A stretch of DNA of 64,000 bases from Gemmatimonadota bacterium (GTDB taxonomy: Bacteria > Gemmatimonadota > Gemmatimonadetes > Gemmatimonadales > GWC2-71-9), in contig JAZDCY010000011.1 in assembly GCA_036679645.1 (NCBI GenBank), forward strand, positions 32,001-96,000, written 5' to 3'. The position numbers were made by a program, and so were the translations under genes. Shown here piece by piece: positions 30,514-40,452 of the stretch; the first letter of the stretch is position 1, and every line of letters begins with the position of its first letter. The notes below the pieces were generated by a model. It was not told the DNA's origin, did no database searches, and was given only the letters and a program-made list of their open reading frames with translations.

Positions 30514-31973
30514 TTGGCGCGGCGCGTGCGTGCGGTTGTCCTGCCTGCGACCGGCCATCCGACCGGTTCCACGCGGCTGCGCGCCCAGAGTGCAACGATC
30601 TCTCCCGCACCACCGCCGCCGGTCTTCCAGGTCACGAAGACCGTCCCTGCGTTGCCAACTACCAGCCCCTCGGCCGAGCCACCGCCCGCTACGCTCCGCC
30701 ACACCAGGTTGCCGGTCACTTGTTGCACACCACACACCTCCCGCGCGGCCCCGCTCAGACACGGCACCACCATCGTCCCATCGAGCAGGAGTACGGGCCC
30801 GCCCACGCCACCCGTCGTCGCTCCGTACCCGAGGGAATCGGCTGCCCACTGTGTGGTACCGCCCGGCAGGTAGGAGACGAGCCCCGCTTCGGATTGGACG
30901 AAAATGTTGCCTGCACCATCGATGACCGGTGAAGACGCCTGCGCATCGACGGCAGCACCGGGAAGGTCGGCCATGAAGGCGCGGCTCCATACCACCGCGC
31001 CTGCCGTATCGTATACGGTCACGCCGCCTTCGTGTCCAACCACGATCCGGTTCCCGGCAATTGCGGGGCTGGCGTAGCGCGACCATCCCGGCATGGACAC
31101 CCTCCAGCGGACCGTACCGTCGGCGGCCACTCGCGTGAGCCAACTGGAGTCGGCAGGGGCACGCCACGGAACGTAGATGTCACCGTTGGCCGCTATGGCG
31201 GGCGCTGATGCCTGGGCCAGCGCTTCGCTCCGCAACGTATCCCGCCACGTCTCCGCGCCGGCCGATGAGATACTGCTCAACACCACAACATCTGCGGGCT
31301 GACCGGTCTCGTGCAACACGATGACGCTGCCGTCCGTCGCAAGCGCGACACCGGACGCAGCATCGCCAACGGGAAGCGACCAGTCCGCGGTACCGGAGGT
31401 GTCCGTACGGGATGTACACGCGTCGCCTGTCGTCACGACCTTGCCGGCGGGCAGTGTCGGTCCCAGGGAGCCGTTGCACACAGCGAACGTGAATTGCTGC
31501 TCACCCAAGGGTGAGAACGCGCTCGCCGTACCGGACCCGTGCATGACGACTACGCTGCTGTCGCCGGCAACTGCGGGAAGGAGTGCCGGCACGCCCGTGA
31601 GGGCGACTCGCCAACGCACGAGTCCGTCATTGACCACAGTGACCAGCACGCTGTCGCGAAAGTCTTCATTGATGAGCGCGATCACCCACGCGACGCCGGT
31701 GTCCTTGGCCGACACACTGCCCGAGAGATCAGCCAAAACCACTACAGCCAGCTTCGACGTATCGGAGATTCCCCAACTGATTGTCAGTGGAGCACCCGGT
31801 CCGAACGCATACTGCGCCACCGCACGCACGACGATCGCGTCGTCAGAGAAGATCGTGGTATCGGCGGTCTCGATCTCGGCCGAAAGCGTGTTCGTGAGAC
31901 CGCCGAACGGTTCCCCCCTGCACGCCGATACAGCCACGACGCCTGCTAGAAGTGTCAGCCAGCTCTTGGACAT
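30510..31973 (-). CDS. PQQ-like beta-propeller lipoprotein
   Basis: VSAC lipobox after MSKSWL; repeated GxxxW blades and SSPVID motif; start 31973 or 31979. Confidence 0.75.
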   Translation of the reverse strand: MSKSWLTLLAGVVAVSACRGEPFGGLTNTLSAEIETADTTIFSDDAIVVRAVAQYAFGPGAPLTISWGISDTSKLAVVVLADLSGSVSAKDTGVAWVIALINEDFRDSVLVTVVNDGLVRWRVALTGVPALLPAVAGDSSVVVMHGSGTASAFSPLGEQQFTFAVCNGSLGPTLPAGKVVTTGDACTSRTDTSGTADWSLPVGDAASGVALATDGSVIVLHETGQPADVVVLSSISSAGAETWRDTLRSEALAQASAPAIAANGDIYVPWRAPADSSWLTRVAADGTVRWRVSMPGWSRYASPAIAGNRIVVGHEGGVTVYDTAGAVVWSRAFMADLPGAAVDAQASSPVIDGAGNIFVQSEAGLVSYLPGGTTQWAADSLGYGATTGGVGGPVLLLDGTMVVPCLSGAAREVCGVQQVTGNLVWRSVAGGGSAEGLVVGNAGTVFVTWKTGGGGAGEIVALWARSRVEPVGWPVAGRTTARTRRAN

Positions 31974-31981
31974 CGTCATCC

Positions 31982-32230
31982 TCAAGTGGGTGGGACCCCG
32001 TTGCCCCGCGCTACCCGCGGAGCAGACAGTGCGACGGCGCGTTGCAACCGTTCCCCTCGCAGATCCCAGTGCCAAGCATCTACCCGCACGCCCGTGCGGG
32101 GGTCCCTGATCGGGCGATACTGTAACCAACCTCGTGGCATGTCGAGGGTCCGGCCGGCTTCGATCAACACGTCGCGATCCGCGGAGATCAGATGCGCCCA
32201 CGCCGCGCCGCGCAGCACGAACCGATGCAA
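31982..32230 (-). CDS. Small DUF4031-like protein
   Basis: WAHLISAD...WLQ...HWDL pattern; TTG start uncertain. Confidence 0.55.
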   Translation of the reverse strand: MHRFVLRGAAWAHLISADRDVLIEAGRTLDMPRGWLQYRPIRDPRTGVRVDAWHWDLRGERLQRAVALSAPRVARGNGVPPT

Positions 32231-32248
32231 CCAGAGCCCGCCACGGCA

Positions 32249-34984
32249 TTAGCCTTTCGCGTCCATCCAGTTATCTCCCACTGCCACATCGGCCACGAGC
32301 GGGACGCGCAACTCAGCGGCCCCCTCCATCTCCCGCCGCACGACCTCCGCAATGCTCGTCGTTTCCGCTTCCGGAACTTCGAGCACCAGCTCGTCGTGTA
32401 CCTGAAGTAACAGGACCGCCTCGAACGCGTCGCGCGCGAGCGCCGTGTGCAGGCTGATCATCGCCACCTTGATCAGATCCGCTGCCGAGCCCTGCATTGG
32501 CGAGTTCATTGCCGTCCGCTCCCCAAACGCCCGGACATTGCGGTTCTTCTCCTGAAGCTCGGGGATGTAACGCCGCCGCCCCAGTATCGTCTCTACGTAT
32601 CCCGAAGTCCGGGCGTTGTCGATGGTGCGATCGAGAAACCGCCGGACGCCAGCGAAGCGCTCGAAGTAGGTCGCGATGAATGCCTTAGCTTCGTCCAGTG
32701 TGATGCCCAGCTGGCGGCTCAGGGCGAAGGGACCTTGTCCGTAGATCGTTGCGAAGTTGATCGTCTTGGCACGCCCCCGCATGTCCGATGTTACATCGTC
32801 AGGCGTGACACCAAAAATGATCGCCGCTGTCTCGCGGTGAATGTCGCCGCCTCGCTCGAATGCATCGATGAACGCCTCGTCTTCCGACAGGTGGGCGAGA
32901 ACACGGAGTTCGATCTGTGAGTAGTCCGCCACTACGAGTTTGTATCCCTCCCGCGCTATGAAACAGCGTCGGATCTCCTCACCCCTTTTCGTGCGCACGG
33001 GGATGTTCTGAAGGTTCGGGTCCTGCGAGGAGAGACGCCCGGTTGCGGCACCCGTCTGGTTGAACGTCGTGTGGATTCGACCGGTCGTTGCGTCGACGTA
33101 TCCCGGCAGCGCGTCCACATAGGTGGATCGGAGCTTCGTGAGCTCGCGGTACTCGAGCAGGAGCCGCGGCGCGCTGAACCCCATATCGGTGAGCTGCATG
33201 AGGACGTCCGCGTCGGTCGATGGGCCCGTCTTGGTCTTCTTAATGATGGGAAGCTGGAGCTTCTCGAACAGGACGTGTCGCAGCTGCGGCGTGGAGTTGA
33301 TGTTGAAGTCCGTCCCCGCGGCCTCGTGGATCTTCTGCTCCAACGTCTTGAGTTCAGCGCCGAAAGCGCGCGACAGCTCCTGCAGGCGAGCGACGTCCAC
33401 GCGCACGCCCTGCCACTCCATGTCGACGAGCACGCCCGTGAGTGGCATCTCGACATCGTCAAACAGCGCGCGCAGCCCCATCCTATCGAGGTCAGGGGCA
33501 ACCGACTCCCGCAACCGGCCAATTGCGTGCACGCGGGCACTCGCGAACGCCGCCGCCGCCGCCGGCTCGATTTCCGCAAAGGGGCGCGCCGATCTCCCCT
33601 TGCCGAGTAGATCGGCCAGTTGCGGAAGCCGGATCCCGAGTCTCTCCAGTGCCACGACAGCGAGCGCCGTCGCGCGTCGCCCTGGTTCGAGCAGAAACGT
33701 GGCGACCATCGTGTCGAAACCCGGGCCGGCCATGTCGACGCCCGCGCCACGCAGCAACAGCCAGTCGCGCTTGAGATCGTGCCCTACCATCGTCACCGCA
33801 GTGTCGCTGAGGAGTGCGGCGATGGGTGCAAGATCCGGCTGATCAAGTGGTGGTAGGTTGGTGGGTTCCGTTGCGCCCAGTTCGGCCGGAGCGCGATGGC
33901 CGAAGGGGAGATACCAAACCCGACTCCGGGCACCAATTGCCAGCCCGGCAAGTCGCGCGCGTTGTCCCGCACGATCGGCGGGGAAGGCAGCCACCGTGGC
34001 GCACCCCGCGTCCCGCACAGCTGCGACGATCTCACCGATGTCGCCTACGTGGGCCACCAGACAGTGGGATGCAGCCCGCGTCTCTGCCGCCGCCAGGCGC
34101 GGGATGAGCGTGTGAAACTCGAGTTCCGCGAAGAGCGCGGCGAGCGCCTCCCGATCCGGCTCCTGCACCCGCAGCGCATCGAGCGTCACGGCAACCGGTA
34201 CATCGCGGCGAATCGTCACCAGATCGCGTGACAGGCGTGCCTTGTCCGCTTCCGCCACCAGCGCCTCGCGCACGCGCTTCGCCTTGACCTCTGATGCGCG
34301 CGCCAGGATCTCATCCAGCGCACCGAACTCCTCGATGAGTTTGCGGGCGGTCTTGTCACCCACACCCCTAACCCCGGGGACGTTGTCGGACGAGTCCCCG
34401 ACGAGCGCGAGATAATCCACTACACGTTCCGGCGGCACGCCCAGACGGTCGGCAGCGTTCGACCGATCCACCCAGTGCGCCTCGACCGCGGCTGGGCCCC
34501 CGCGCCCGGGATTCAGCAAGCCCACCCGATCGGAGATGAGTTGGTAGAAATCCTTGTCTCCCGAGACGATCACCGCATCGAGCCCCGCGTCCTCCGCGTG
34601 TGTCGCCAACGTGCCGATTACGTCATCCGCCTCATACCCGTCGATAGCAACGAGCGGTACGCGGAACGCTTCGAGCAACTCCTCGACCCGCTCGACCGAT
34701 CGGTCGAACACTTCCTGCACGTCCGGATCGAGCTTCTCCCGCGTCGCCTTGTAGTCGGGGAAGACCTCATGGCGGAAGGAAGTACCGGCATCGTGTATCC
34801 ACGCGAGATACGCCGGTTGATACTCCGTGGAGAGTCGTAAGAGAAAGTTCGCGACCCCCCAGGTCGCCGACGTGTTCTCTCCCTTGGACGTCGTCAGTGG
34901 GCGCGCGATCATCGCAAAGAACGCCCTATAGATCAGCGCGTATCCGTCGACGAGAAAGATCCGCGGGGGATCGGCGCCAGACAT
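32249..34984 (-). CDS. polA: DNA polymerase I
   Basis: FLVDG..IYRAFFA 5'-3' exonuclease; DYSQIELR, AKTINFATIYG, QVHDEL. Confidence 0.97.
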   Translation of the reverse strand: MSGADPPRIFLVDGYALIYRAFFAMIARPLTTSKGENTSATWGVANFLLRLSTEYQPAYLAWIHDAGTSFRHEVFPDYKATREKLDPDVQEVFDRSVERVEELLEAFRVPLVAIDGYEADDVIGTLATHAEDAGLDAVIVSGDKDFYQLISDRVGLLNPGRGGPAAVEAHWVDRSNAADRLGVPPERVVDYLALVGDSSDNVPGVRGVGDKTARKLIEEFGALDEILARASEVKAKRVREALVAEADKARLSRDLVTIRRDVPVAVTLDALRVQEPDREALAALFAELEFHTLIPRLAAAETRAASHCLVAHVGDIGEIVAAVRDAGCATVAAFPADRAGQRARLAGLAIGARSRVWYLPFGHRAPAELGATEPTNLPPLDQPDLAPIAALLSDTAVTMVGHDLKRDWLLLRGAGVDMAGPGFDTMVATFLLEPGRRATALAVVALERLGIRLPQLADLLGKGRSARPFAEIEPAAAAAFASARVHAIGRLRESVAPDLDRMGLRALFDDVEMPLTGVLVDMEWQGVRVDVARLQELSRAFGAELKTLEQKIHEAAGTDFNINSTPQLRHVLFEKLQLPIIKKTKTGPSTDADVLMQLTDMGFSAPRLLLEYRELTKLRSTYVDALPGYVDATTGRIHTTFNQTGAATGRLSSQDPNLQNIPVRTKRGEEIRRCFIAREGYKLVVADYSQIELRVLAHLSEDEAFIDAFERGGDIHRETAAIIFGVTPDDVTSDMRGRAKTINFATIYGQGPFALSRQLGITLDEAKAFIATYFERFAGVRRFLDRTIDNARTSGYVETILGRRRYIPELQEKNRNVRAFGERTAMNSPMQGSAADLIKVAMISLHTALARDAFEAVLLLQVHDELVLEVPEAETTSIAEVVRREMEGAAELRVPLVADVAVGDNWMDAKG

Positions 34985-35001
34985 GACCGGAAGCTAACGG
35001 C

Positions 35002-35032
35002 AAATGAAACGCCCCGCCGATTGGCGGGGCGT
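35002..35032 (-). terminator. Intrinsic terminator downstream of the cold-shock gene
   Basis: ACGCCCCGCC-4 nt-GGCGGGGCGT stem followed by TTCATTT on the minus strand. Confidence 0.8.
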
Positions 35033-35058
35033 GTGACCCATGAGTGCCCGTCGGGACG

Positions 35059-35256
35059 TCACGGGCGTTGCACGTTTTTTGCGTGGAGGCCGCGATCGCG
35101 CGTCTCGATTTCGAACTCGACCTGCTCGCCTTCCGCTAGCGTCTTGAACCCTTCCATCTGTATGGCGGAGAAATGGACGAACACGTCGTCCCCGGTGTCT
35201 TGTTCAATGAACCCGTACCCCTTGGAGTCGTTGAACCACTTCACCTTGCCGAGCAT
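35059..35256 (-). CDS. Cold-shock protein (CspA family)
   Basis: GKVKWFN..KGYGFI and DVFVHFSAI (RNP1/RNP2). Confidence 0.96.
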   Translation of the reverse strand: MLGKVKWFNDSKGYGFIEQDTGDDVFVHFSAIQMEGFKTLAEGEQVEFEIETRDRGLHAKNVQRP

Positions 35257-35311
35257 CTGCTGAAGCCTCCTCTACTGGACACGCAATACTGTCCCGCGCG
35301 TCAAAACGCTG

Positions 35312-35872
35312 TCAAGCCAGTACCCATGTGGCGATCGCCACGCCCGGGGCCACGATCACATTATCGTCGAACGGTCCCGACCATCGCTCGAGCGCCGCCG
35401 CCGCCATGGCAGCGGCCGGCACGACGCGCCACGGAAGGTCACATCGCCCCAGAGTTACGACGAGGACCGTAACGCTCGCGGCCGCGAAGAGGGCGGCGAG
35501 GCTCCCTGGCCAGCTCTTGCGGGCCCCCTTTCGCCAGCGCGATCCTGCGAGCGACGCGGCCGGATCCGCGACTGAGGCACAGAGAATCGCGACGACTGGG
35601 GCGGGCATCGGCACCCACACCGCCGCGCCATAGCCGAGCGCAAGCCAGAACGCCCCGGTGGGGCGATTTCGTTCGGCGGGGCGAAAGACCGGAACGGCCG
35701 CGGCGAGCCGTCCCGCCATCGCCGGCGCGCGTAAGCGGATCATCTCGCTCACCGACGCCGCGATCACCACTCCGGTGACCAGCAGGCGAAAGGTCTGAAC
35801 CGGAAGGAGCGCACCCAGGAGCACACCGGCAGAGGCGACATGAAGGACGCGCCGAAGCGCGGGCCCGCTCAC
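35312..35872 (-). CDS. Dolichol/phytol kinase-like membrane protein
   Basis: RRVLH, ADPAASLAG, KSWPGS, DDN motifs. Confidence 0.7.
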   Translation of the reverse strand: MSGPALRRVLHVASAGVLLGALLPVQTFRLLVTGVVIAASVSEMIRLRAPAMAGRLAAAVPVFRPAERNRPTGAFWLALGYGAAVWVPMPAPVVAILCASVADPAASLAGSRWRKGARKSWPGSLAALFAAASVTVLVVTLGRCDLPWRVVPAAAMAAAALERWSGPFDDNVIVAPGVAIATWVLA

Positions 35873-38016
35873 TCCGATGGGCCGTACAGCGCGCGGTAGA
35901 GCGCGTGATTTCGCACGACCGTGCGGACGTACCCGCGCGTCTCAACGAAGGGGATGCCCTCGACAAAGAACGCCGGGTCAGACGCTCCCGGATAGCGCAG
36001 CCACCGTCGCGCGCGTGAGCCACCTGCGTTGTACGCTGCGAGTGCTGCGACGATGTTGCCATCGAACTGGCGGAGGAGTCCCGCGAAATGGGCGGCGCCA
36101 ATGTGGACGTTAGCGTCGGCGACGCCGAACATTGTCTCGTTCCACGGGACACGGAGCCGCCGCGCCACGCCGCGTGCCGTGGCAGGCATGAGTTGCATGA
36201 AACCGCGCGCTCCTGCGCGAGAGGTAGCGGTCGCCTGGAAACTCGACTCCTGGCGAATCAATCCGGCGAGCAGATATGGATCGATGTCGAATTTCCTCGC
36301 CTCGCGCTCGATCATCGTCCGGTTGGGCCATGGGAAGATGACCCGGATCACGCGCGCGTCGTTCAACGAGAGTTCACGCGTGGCCCGCCAGCCGAGCCGG
36401 ACGCCAAGGGGGCCGCGACCGCGGGCAATCAGTCCCTCGGCCAAATCGAGCATCTCGTTGACGTCGGCCCACTCGCGCTGCATGAGGGCGTCTATCTCGA
36501 GCACGGTCTCGTCCACGAGCCCCATTGCGACTAGCAGGTCGAGCACCCGCAACGATTGCTGTACGGCCGGTGTCGGCGTCCGCGATGGCGGCGCTGCGAA
36601 GACCGGCGCCGCCAATCCCACCGCCGCGCGGGCGATGGTGCCGTAGTAGCCCACCGAGTCGTCCCGGGCGAGCGCTTCAAAGGCGGCACGCGCGACATCG
36701 ATCTCACCGCGGCGAAGCCGGGTACGCGCGAGGAGATACCGCGCGAGCCGTGCATTCTCTCCCCCCGCATCGACCTCGCTCGCGTACAGTGTCACGGCGG
36801 CCGCAGTGTCCGCCCGACGAAGGAAGCGACGCGCGAGGCGGAAACGCGCGCGCGAGGCGTACGCATGCGCGGGCCAATGTGCGATCACTGCCCTATAAAG
36901 GCTGTCGCTCCCCCGAACCTCGGCAGCAAGGTAAAGCGCCAGCGGTGCCCACCTGTGCGTACCATGCTCCAAGGCGAAACTGACGAACCCGCGCGCCGCC
37001 TCCGATCGACGGCCAAGCCGGAGTTGCGCACGTGCACGCAGATAGGCGCCGTCAACCCCGCCGCGGGCGTAGACAGCAACCGCCGCGCGCCGCGCGCCGT
37101 TCCGTTCGAGCCATTCGCCCAAGGTGACGGCGGTTTCCACGGACGAATCCCCAGCCAAAACTGCGCGGCGCCCGTAGCGCACCGCCCGCCCGATCTCACG
37201 CACGCCTGCCCACGCGCGCGCCGCATCCATGAACTCGCTCGCATCGGACGGCGGCAGCACGGTCTCGACGAGATCGAGCGCGGCACGAAGCGTCGCCCCG
37301 TCGCGCTCGCGTAGACCCCTGTACGCGAGGGTCCGCGCATCGGCACTGTCACCTGTCGCCAGGGCCAGTGCCGCGGCGCGTACATACGCACCCGCAACGG
37401 TGTAGCCATTGATCGCCGCGGCGGTGTCCCCCACACCAAGCCAGACGCCTGCGCGGATCGATTGAGCGATCCCATTCCCCGCCGCCGGTACCGACGTGAG
37501 CAGACTCTCTGCCGTGGCAGGCGTTGCGGCAACGGCGGCCGCTCGCAGGCGCAGCCAGCCGGCGGCGGCGGGAAGAAGATCAGCGGCTCTGGTGTAGGCG
37601 CCAAAGGCGCGGTCAGCGCGACCCAAACGGCCAAAGGCCCGGCCCGCCCGCGCCGCGAGCAGACCCGCCGTGGTGCCGGTCGCGCCAAGAGCCGCCCGTG
37701 CGTAAAGGTCTGCCGCGGCTGAGTCATTACCGGTCGCCTCGCTCGCCGCCCCACGCAGCGCGCGAAGTTGCACGACCAGTGCCGGGTCGGACGGGCGCAC
37801 CTGCTCCAGTAACCGCAGCGCCTGCACCGGCCTGCCGATCCGAAGCTCAGCGGCCGCCGCACGAAGGATGTCCTCAACCGACGGGCTCGCTACCGTATCG
37901 GCCGCCCACGTAACGACGTCGTGCCACGACGGATCATCATCCCACGGCCAGATACCATCCGACTGCCCCATCGCCGTCGCTAGGGGGCAAAGCAGCATCA
38001 GCGCCCCACGCATCAC
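35869..38016 (-). CDS. Lytic transglycosylase (Slt domain) with helical/TPR N-terminus
   Basis: IRQESSF, GARGFMQLMP, AAYNAG, ETRGYV. Confidence 0.88.
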   Translation of the reverse strand: MMRGALMLLCPLATAMGQSDGIWPWDDDPSWHDVVTWAADTVASPSVEDILRAAAAELRIGRPVQALRLLEQVRPSDPALVVQLRALRGAASEATGNDSAAADLYARAALGATGTTAGLLAARAGRAFGRLGRADRAFGAYTRAADLLPAAAGWLRLRAAAVAATPATAESLLTSVPAAGNGIAQSIRAGVWLGVGDTAAAINGYTVAGAYVRAAALALATGDSADARTLAYRGLRERDGATLRAALDLVETVLPPSDASEFMDAARAWAGVREIGRAVRYGRRAVLAGDSSVETAVTLGEWLERNGARRAAVAVYARGGVDGAYLRARAQLRLGRRSEAARGFVSFALEHGTHRWAPLALYLAAEVRGSDSLYRAVIAHWPAHAYASRARFRLARRFLRRADTAAAVTLYASEVDAGGENARLARYLLARTRLRRGEIDVARAAFEALARDDSVGYYGTIARAAVGLAAPVFAAPPSRTPTPAVQQSLRVLDLLVAMGLVDETVLEIDALMQREWADVNEMLDLAEGLIARGRGPLGVRLGWRATRELSLNDARVIRVIFPWPNRTMIEREARKFDIDPYLLAGLIRQESSFQATATSRAGARGFMQLMPATARGVARRLRVPWNETMFGVADANVHIGAAHFAGLLRQFDGNIVAALAAYNAGGSRARRWLRYPGASDPAFFVEGIPFVETRGYVRTVVRNHALYRALYGPSE

Positions 38017-38020
38017 GGTG

Positions 38021-39388
38021 TCAGTTGGCCTCTCGTCGAATGCGGCTCAGAACGCGGTCGAATTCCGATCGAGAAATTGGCGTCAGCCGGAACCGGCCAA
38101 AACCCGTATCGTCGCCGAAATCCAACACCACCCGCTCGGTGACAAAGGTCCACCGGATGATGCGCCTTTCTCCCCGCAGATCGGTGCTCTGATCGAACAC
38201 CTCGTCCGGCTCTCCCAAGGCGATGTAGACCTCTCCCCGATCCGTCAGCCAGCCGGGACCTCCCGTCTCCTGAAAACGCAGGTTCGCGACCTGCACGCGG
38301 CGGAAGTACTGCTCGAGGGCTTCGTTTTCCGGCGTGATTGGGTTGGGATCGGTTTCCTCCCAGAACCGCCGCCACCGCGAGGGGCGTTCGGATGGGTCCG
38401 CGAGACGCATGCTGTCGACAGTCTCTTCGTGCCCGAAATATCGTAGCAGAGACAACACGTCGAGGAAGTTCGTGATGGCCCATTGGTCGGAGAAACTCAC
38501 AAGGGCGATGGCGCGCGCGGTGTCGTCTACACTCTCCGCCGTGGCGATGACATTGAGTTCGCCCACGGGCAGACGGTCCGGCGCGACCCGCACTGTCCCT
38601 GTGGCGAGATCCCTGGTGCCTAGCAAGGGGGCGCGCTCCGTCCAGATCGTGTCGCCGGCCATCGATATGCCGCGCACGACGACTTCGGTTCCGGGTGTCA
38701 GCCCGTACGCCTCGAAGTAGAACACCAGTGTGTCGAGTCCGTATGGGGTAGTGGCGCGCGGATTCATGAGTAGGGAAGGAAGCGCGTTTGCGGATGTGCG
38801 CCCGGCCCCCTCGTACGTGGCGATCAGGTCCGACAGATGCCGCTCGCGGAACGACGGGATCTCGACCGATTGCTCATCGCGGCTGAAGGCTCCCCCATAC
38901 TCGTCGCGCACGATGACGGCCAGTTCGTACCCGCCGGCCGGCACTGGGACGAACTCCTGGAAGACCACACTCTCATCCAATCTGAGCGTTTCCTGAAATG
39001 AGCCGACGCGCACAGTCTCGTCCGCAGTCACCCGCTTTACGACCCGATCGTCTTGGCGAAAGACCAACTCGACCAGATAAGTGGCCTCAAACCCCGAGTT
39101 GCTCCTCCTGAACGACAGCGAGTTGTTCGCAAGAGACAGGCCGAAGACCGCCAGCGTCGTGTCGGGATGTGGGCCTGCGAGGTAGCGCACGCCGGCGACA
39201 AAGGGTACCGGTGCGCCCTTGGCAAAGAACCCCATAGCCGCGTACATGCGGGTCGGGTCGAACAGACGTGGCACGATTACGGAGGGGTCGGGTCCCGCGT
39301 CGCGCTGTTGCAGTTGGCCGCACGCCGCAAGACCGGCCGCGAGAACGAGAAACCCGAGCCGGCCTCGGGATCCGAGGCACGGTATCAT
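38021..39388 (-). CDS. GWxTD domain-containing lipoprotein
   Basis: FW...DPNP.TPENE...GWLTDRGEVYIALGEPD; LAAC lipobox. Confidence 0.85.
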   Translation of the reverse strand: MIPCLGSRGRLGFLVLAAGLAACGQLQQRDAGPDPSVIVPRLFDPTRMYAAMGFFAKGAPVPFVAGVRYLAGPHPDTTLAVFGLSLANNSLSFRRSNSGFEATYLVELVFRQDDRVVKRVTADETVRVGSFQETLRLDESVVFQEFVPVPAGGYELAVIVRDEYGGAFSRDEQSVEIPSFRERHLSDLIATYEGAGRTSANALPSLLMNPRATTPYGLDTLVFYFEAYGLTPGTEVVVRGISMAGDTIWTERAPLLGTRDLATGTVRVAPDRLPVGELNVIATAESVDDTARAIALVSFSDQWAITNFLDVLSLLRYFGHEETVDSMRLADPSERPSRWRRFWEETDPNPITPENEALEQYFRRVQVANLRFQETGGPGWLTDRGEVYIALGEPDEVFDQSTDLRGERRIIRWTFVTERVVLDFGDDTGFGRFRLTPISRSEFDRVLSRIRREAN

Positions 39389-39448
39389 GGCGCAACCTAC
39401 CCGTCCGACTTGCCGATGTTCAAGTACGGCACTTAGTTTGCCGCGCAT

Positions 39449-40396
39449 ATGCCTGCAGAGAACCTCGCCGGTCGGATGATCGCGTCCTACCGCCTGCTCG
39501 AGCGGATCGGGGAGGGGGGAACGGCGACCGTCTATCGGGCCGAACATGGCGAACGGGGCACCTGTGCCATGAAGGTGCTGCGCGAGCGGTCCCGCAAGGA
39601 CCCGATTGCGGTCAAGCGCTTCCTACGGGAGGCGGGCTTCGGGTCACGCGTGGTCCACGACAACATCGTCCGGACGTACGGTTTCGGCGAAGAGGAGGGT
39701 CTCCACTACCTGGCCCTCGAATGGGCCGAGGGGGAACCCCTCACCGACGTGGCGCGCAAGGATGGACCTCTGGACGCACTGACGACTGGGAAGATCATCG
39801 AACAGCTGGCCAACGGGCTGGCGGCCGCCCACGCCGCGGGAATCATCCACCGCGATCTAAAGCCCGAAAACATCGTCTATGACCAGAAGACGGGTACGGT
39901 CAAGCTGCTCGATTTCGGGATTGCGCGCGACGCCGCTGACGATCCGGCCCAACGACTTACCCGAACCGGGTTCTTCGTCGGGAGTCTCAACTACGTTGCT
40001 CCGGAGGCGCTGTCCGGCGAACTGGTAGGCGAGGCTGCGGACATCTACAGCCTCGCGACGATCGCCTATTTCCTGTTGAGCGGCGAGCACCCGCACAATG
40101 GGCGGTCGCCCCGCGAGGTGTTCCAGCAACTGCTAACCCAGGACGCGCGGCCACTGCGCGATACGCTCCGCGGGAAACGGGTCTCCCCTCCGGTTGCGGC
40201 GGCCATTATGAAGAGCCTGGCCCGCGATCCCGGCAAGCGGCACCCGGATGTCCAAGCCTTTGCTCGAGATCTGGTGCGGGCCGCTGGGGAGGACGGGGGG
40301 GGCGGGGGCGGTGGTGAGTCAGCGGCTAGCTCGACCGGCGGTAAGGGCGGGTTCCTTGGCTCAATCAAATCGGTATTTGGGAAGAAGAAAAAGTAA
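39449..40396 (+). CDS. Hanks-type Ser/Thr protein kinase
   Basis: IGEGG, AMK, HRDLKPEN, DFG, APE. Confidence 0.93.
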   Translation: MPAENLAGRMIASYRLLERIGEGGTATVYRAEHGERGTCAMKVLRERSRKDPIAVKRFLREAGFGSRVVHDNIVRTYGFGEEEGLHYLALEWAEGEPLTDVARKDGPLDALTTGKIIEQLANGLAAAHAAGIIHRDLKPENIVYDQKTGTVKLLDFGIARDAADDPAQRLTRTGFFVGSLNYVAPEALSGELVGEAADIYSLATIAYFLLSGEHPHNGRSPREVFQQLLTQDARPLRDTLRGKRVSPPVAAAIMKSLARDPGKRHPDVQAFARDLVRAAGEDGGGGGGGESAASSTGGKGGFLGSIKSVFGKKKK

Positions 40397-40452
40397 GATA
40401 GTAGTCTCTACTACTATTAAACACTTCGCTCGCTTCATCCCCACCAGTCCGC

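Noticed and set aside
31980..32249. N-terminal extension of the 579-aa beta-propeller ORF
   Set aside because: The signal peptide and lipobox start at about 31973, and the upstream region is better explained by a separate small ORF.
33700..34060. Degenerate 3'-5' exonuclease domain of PolA
   Set aside because: Loss of proofreading residues is common in bacterial PolA and not novel.
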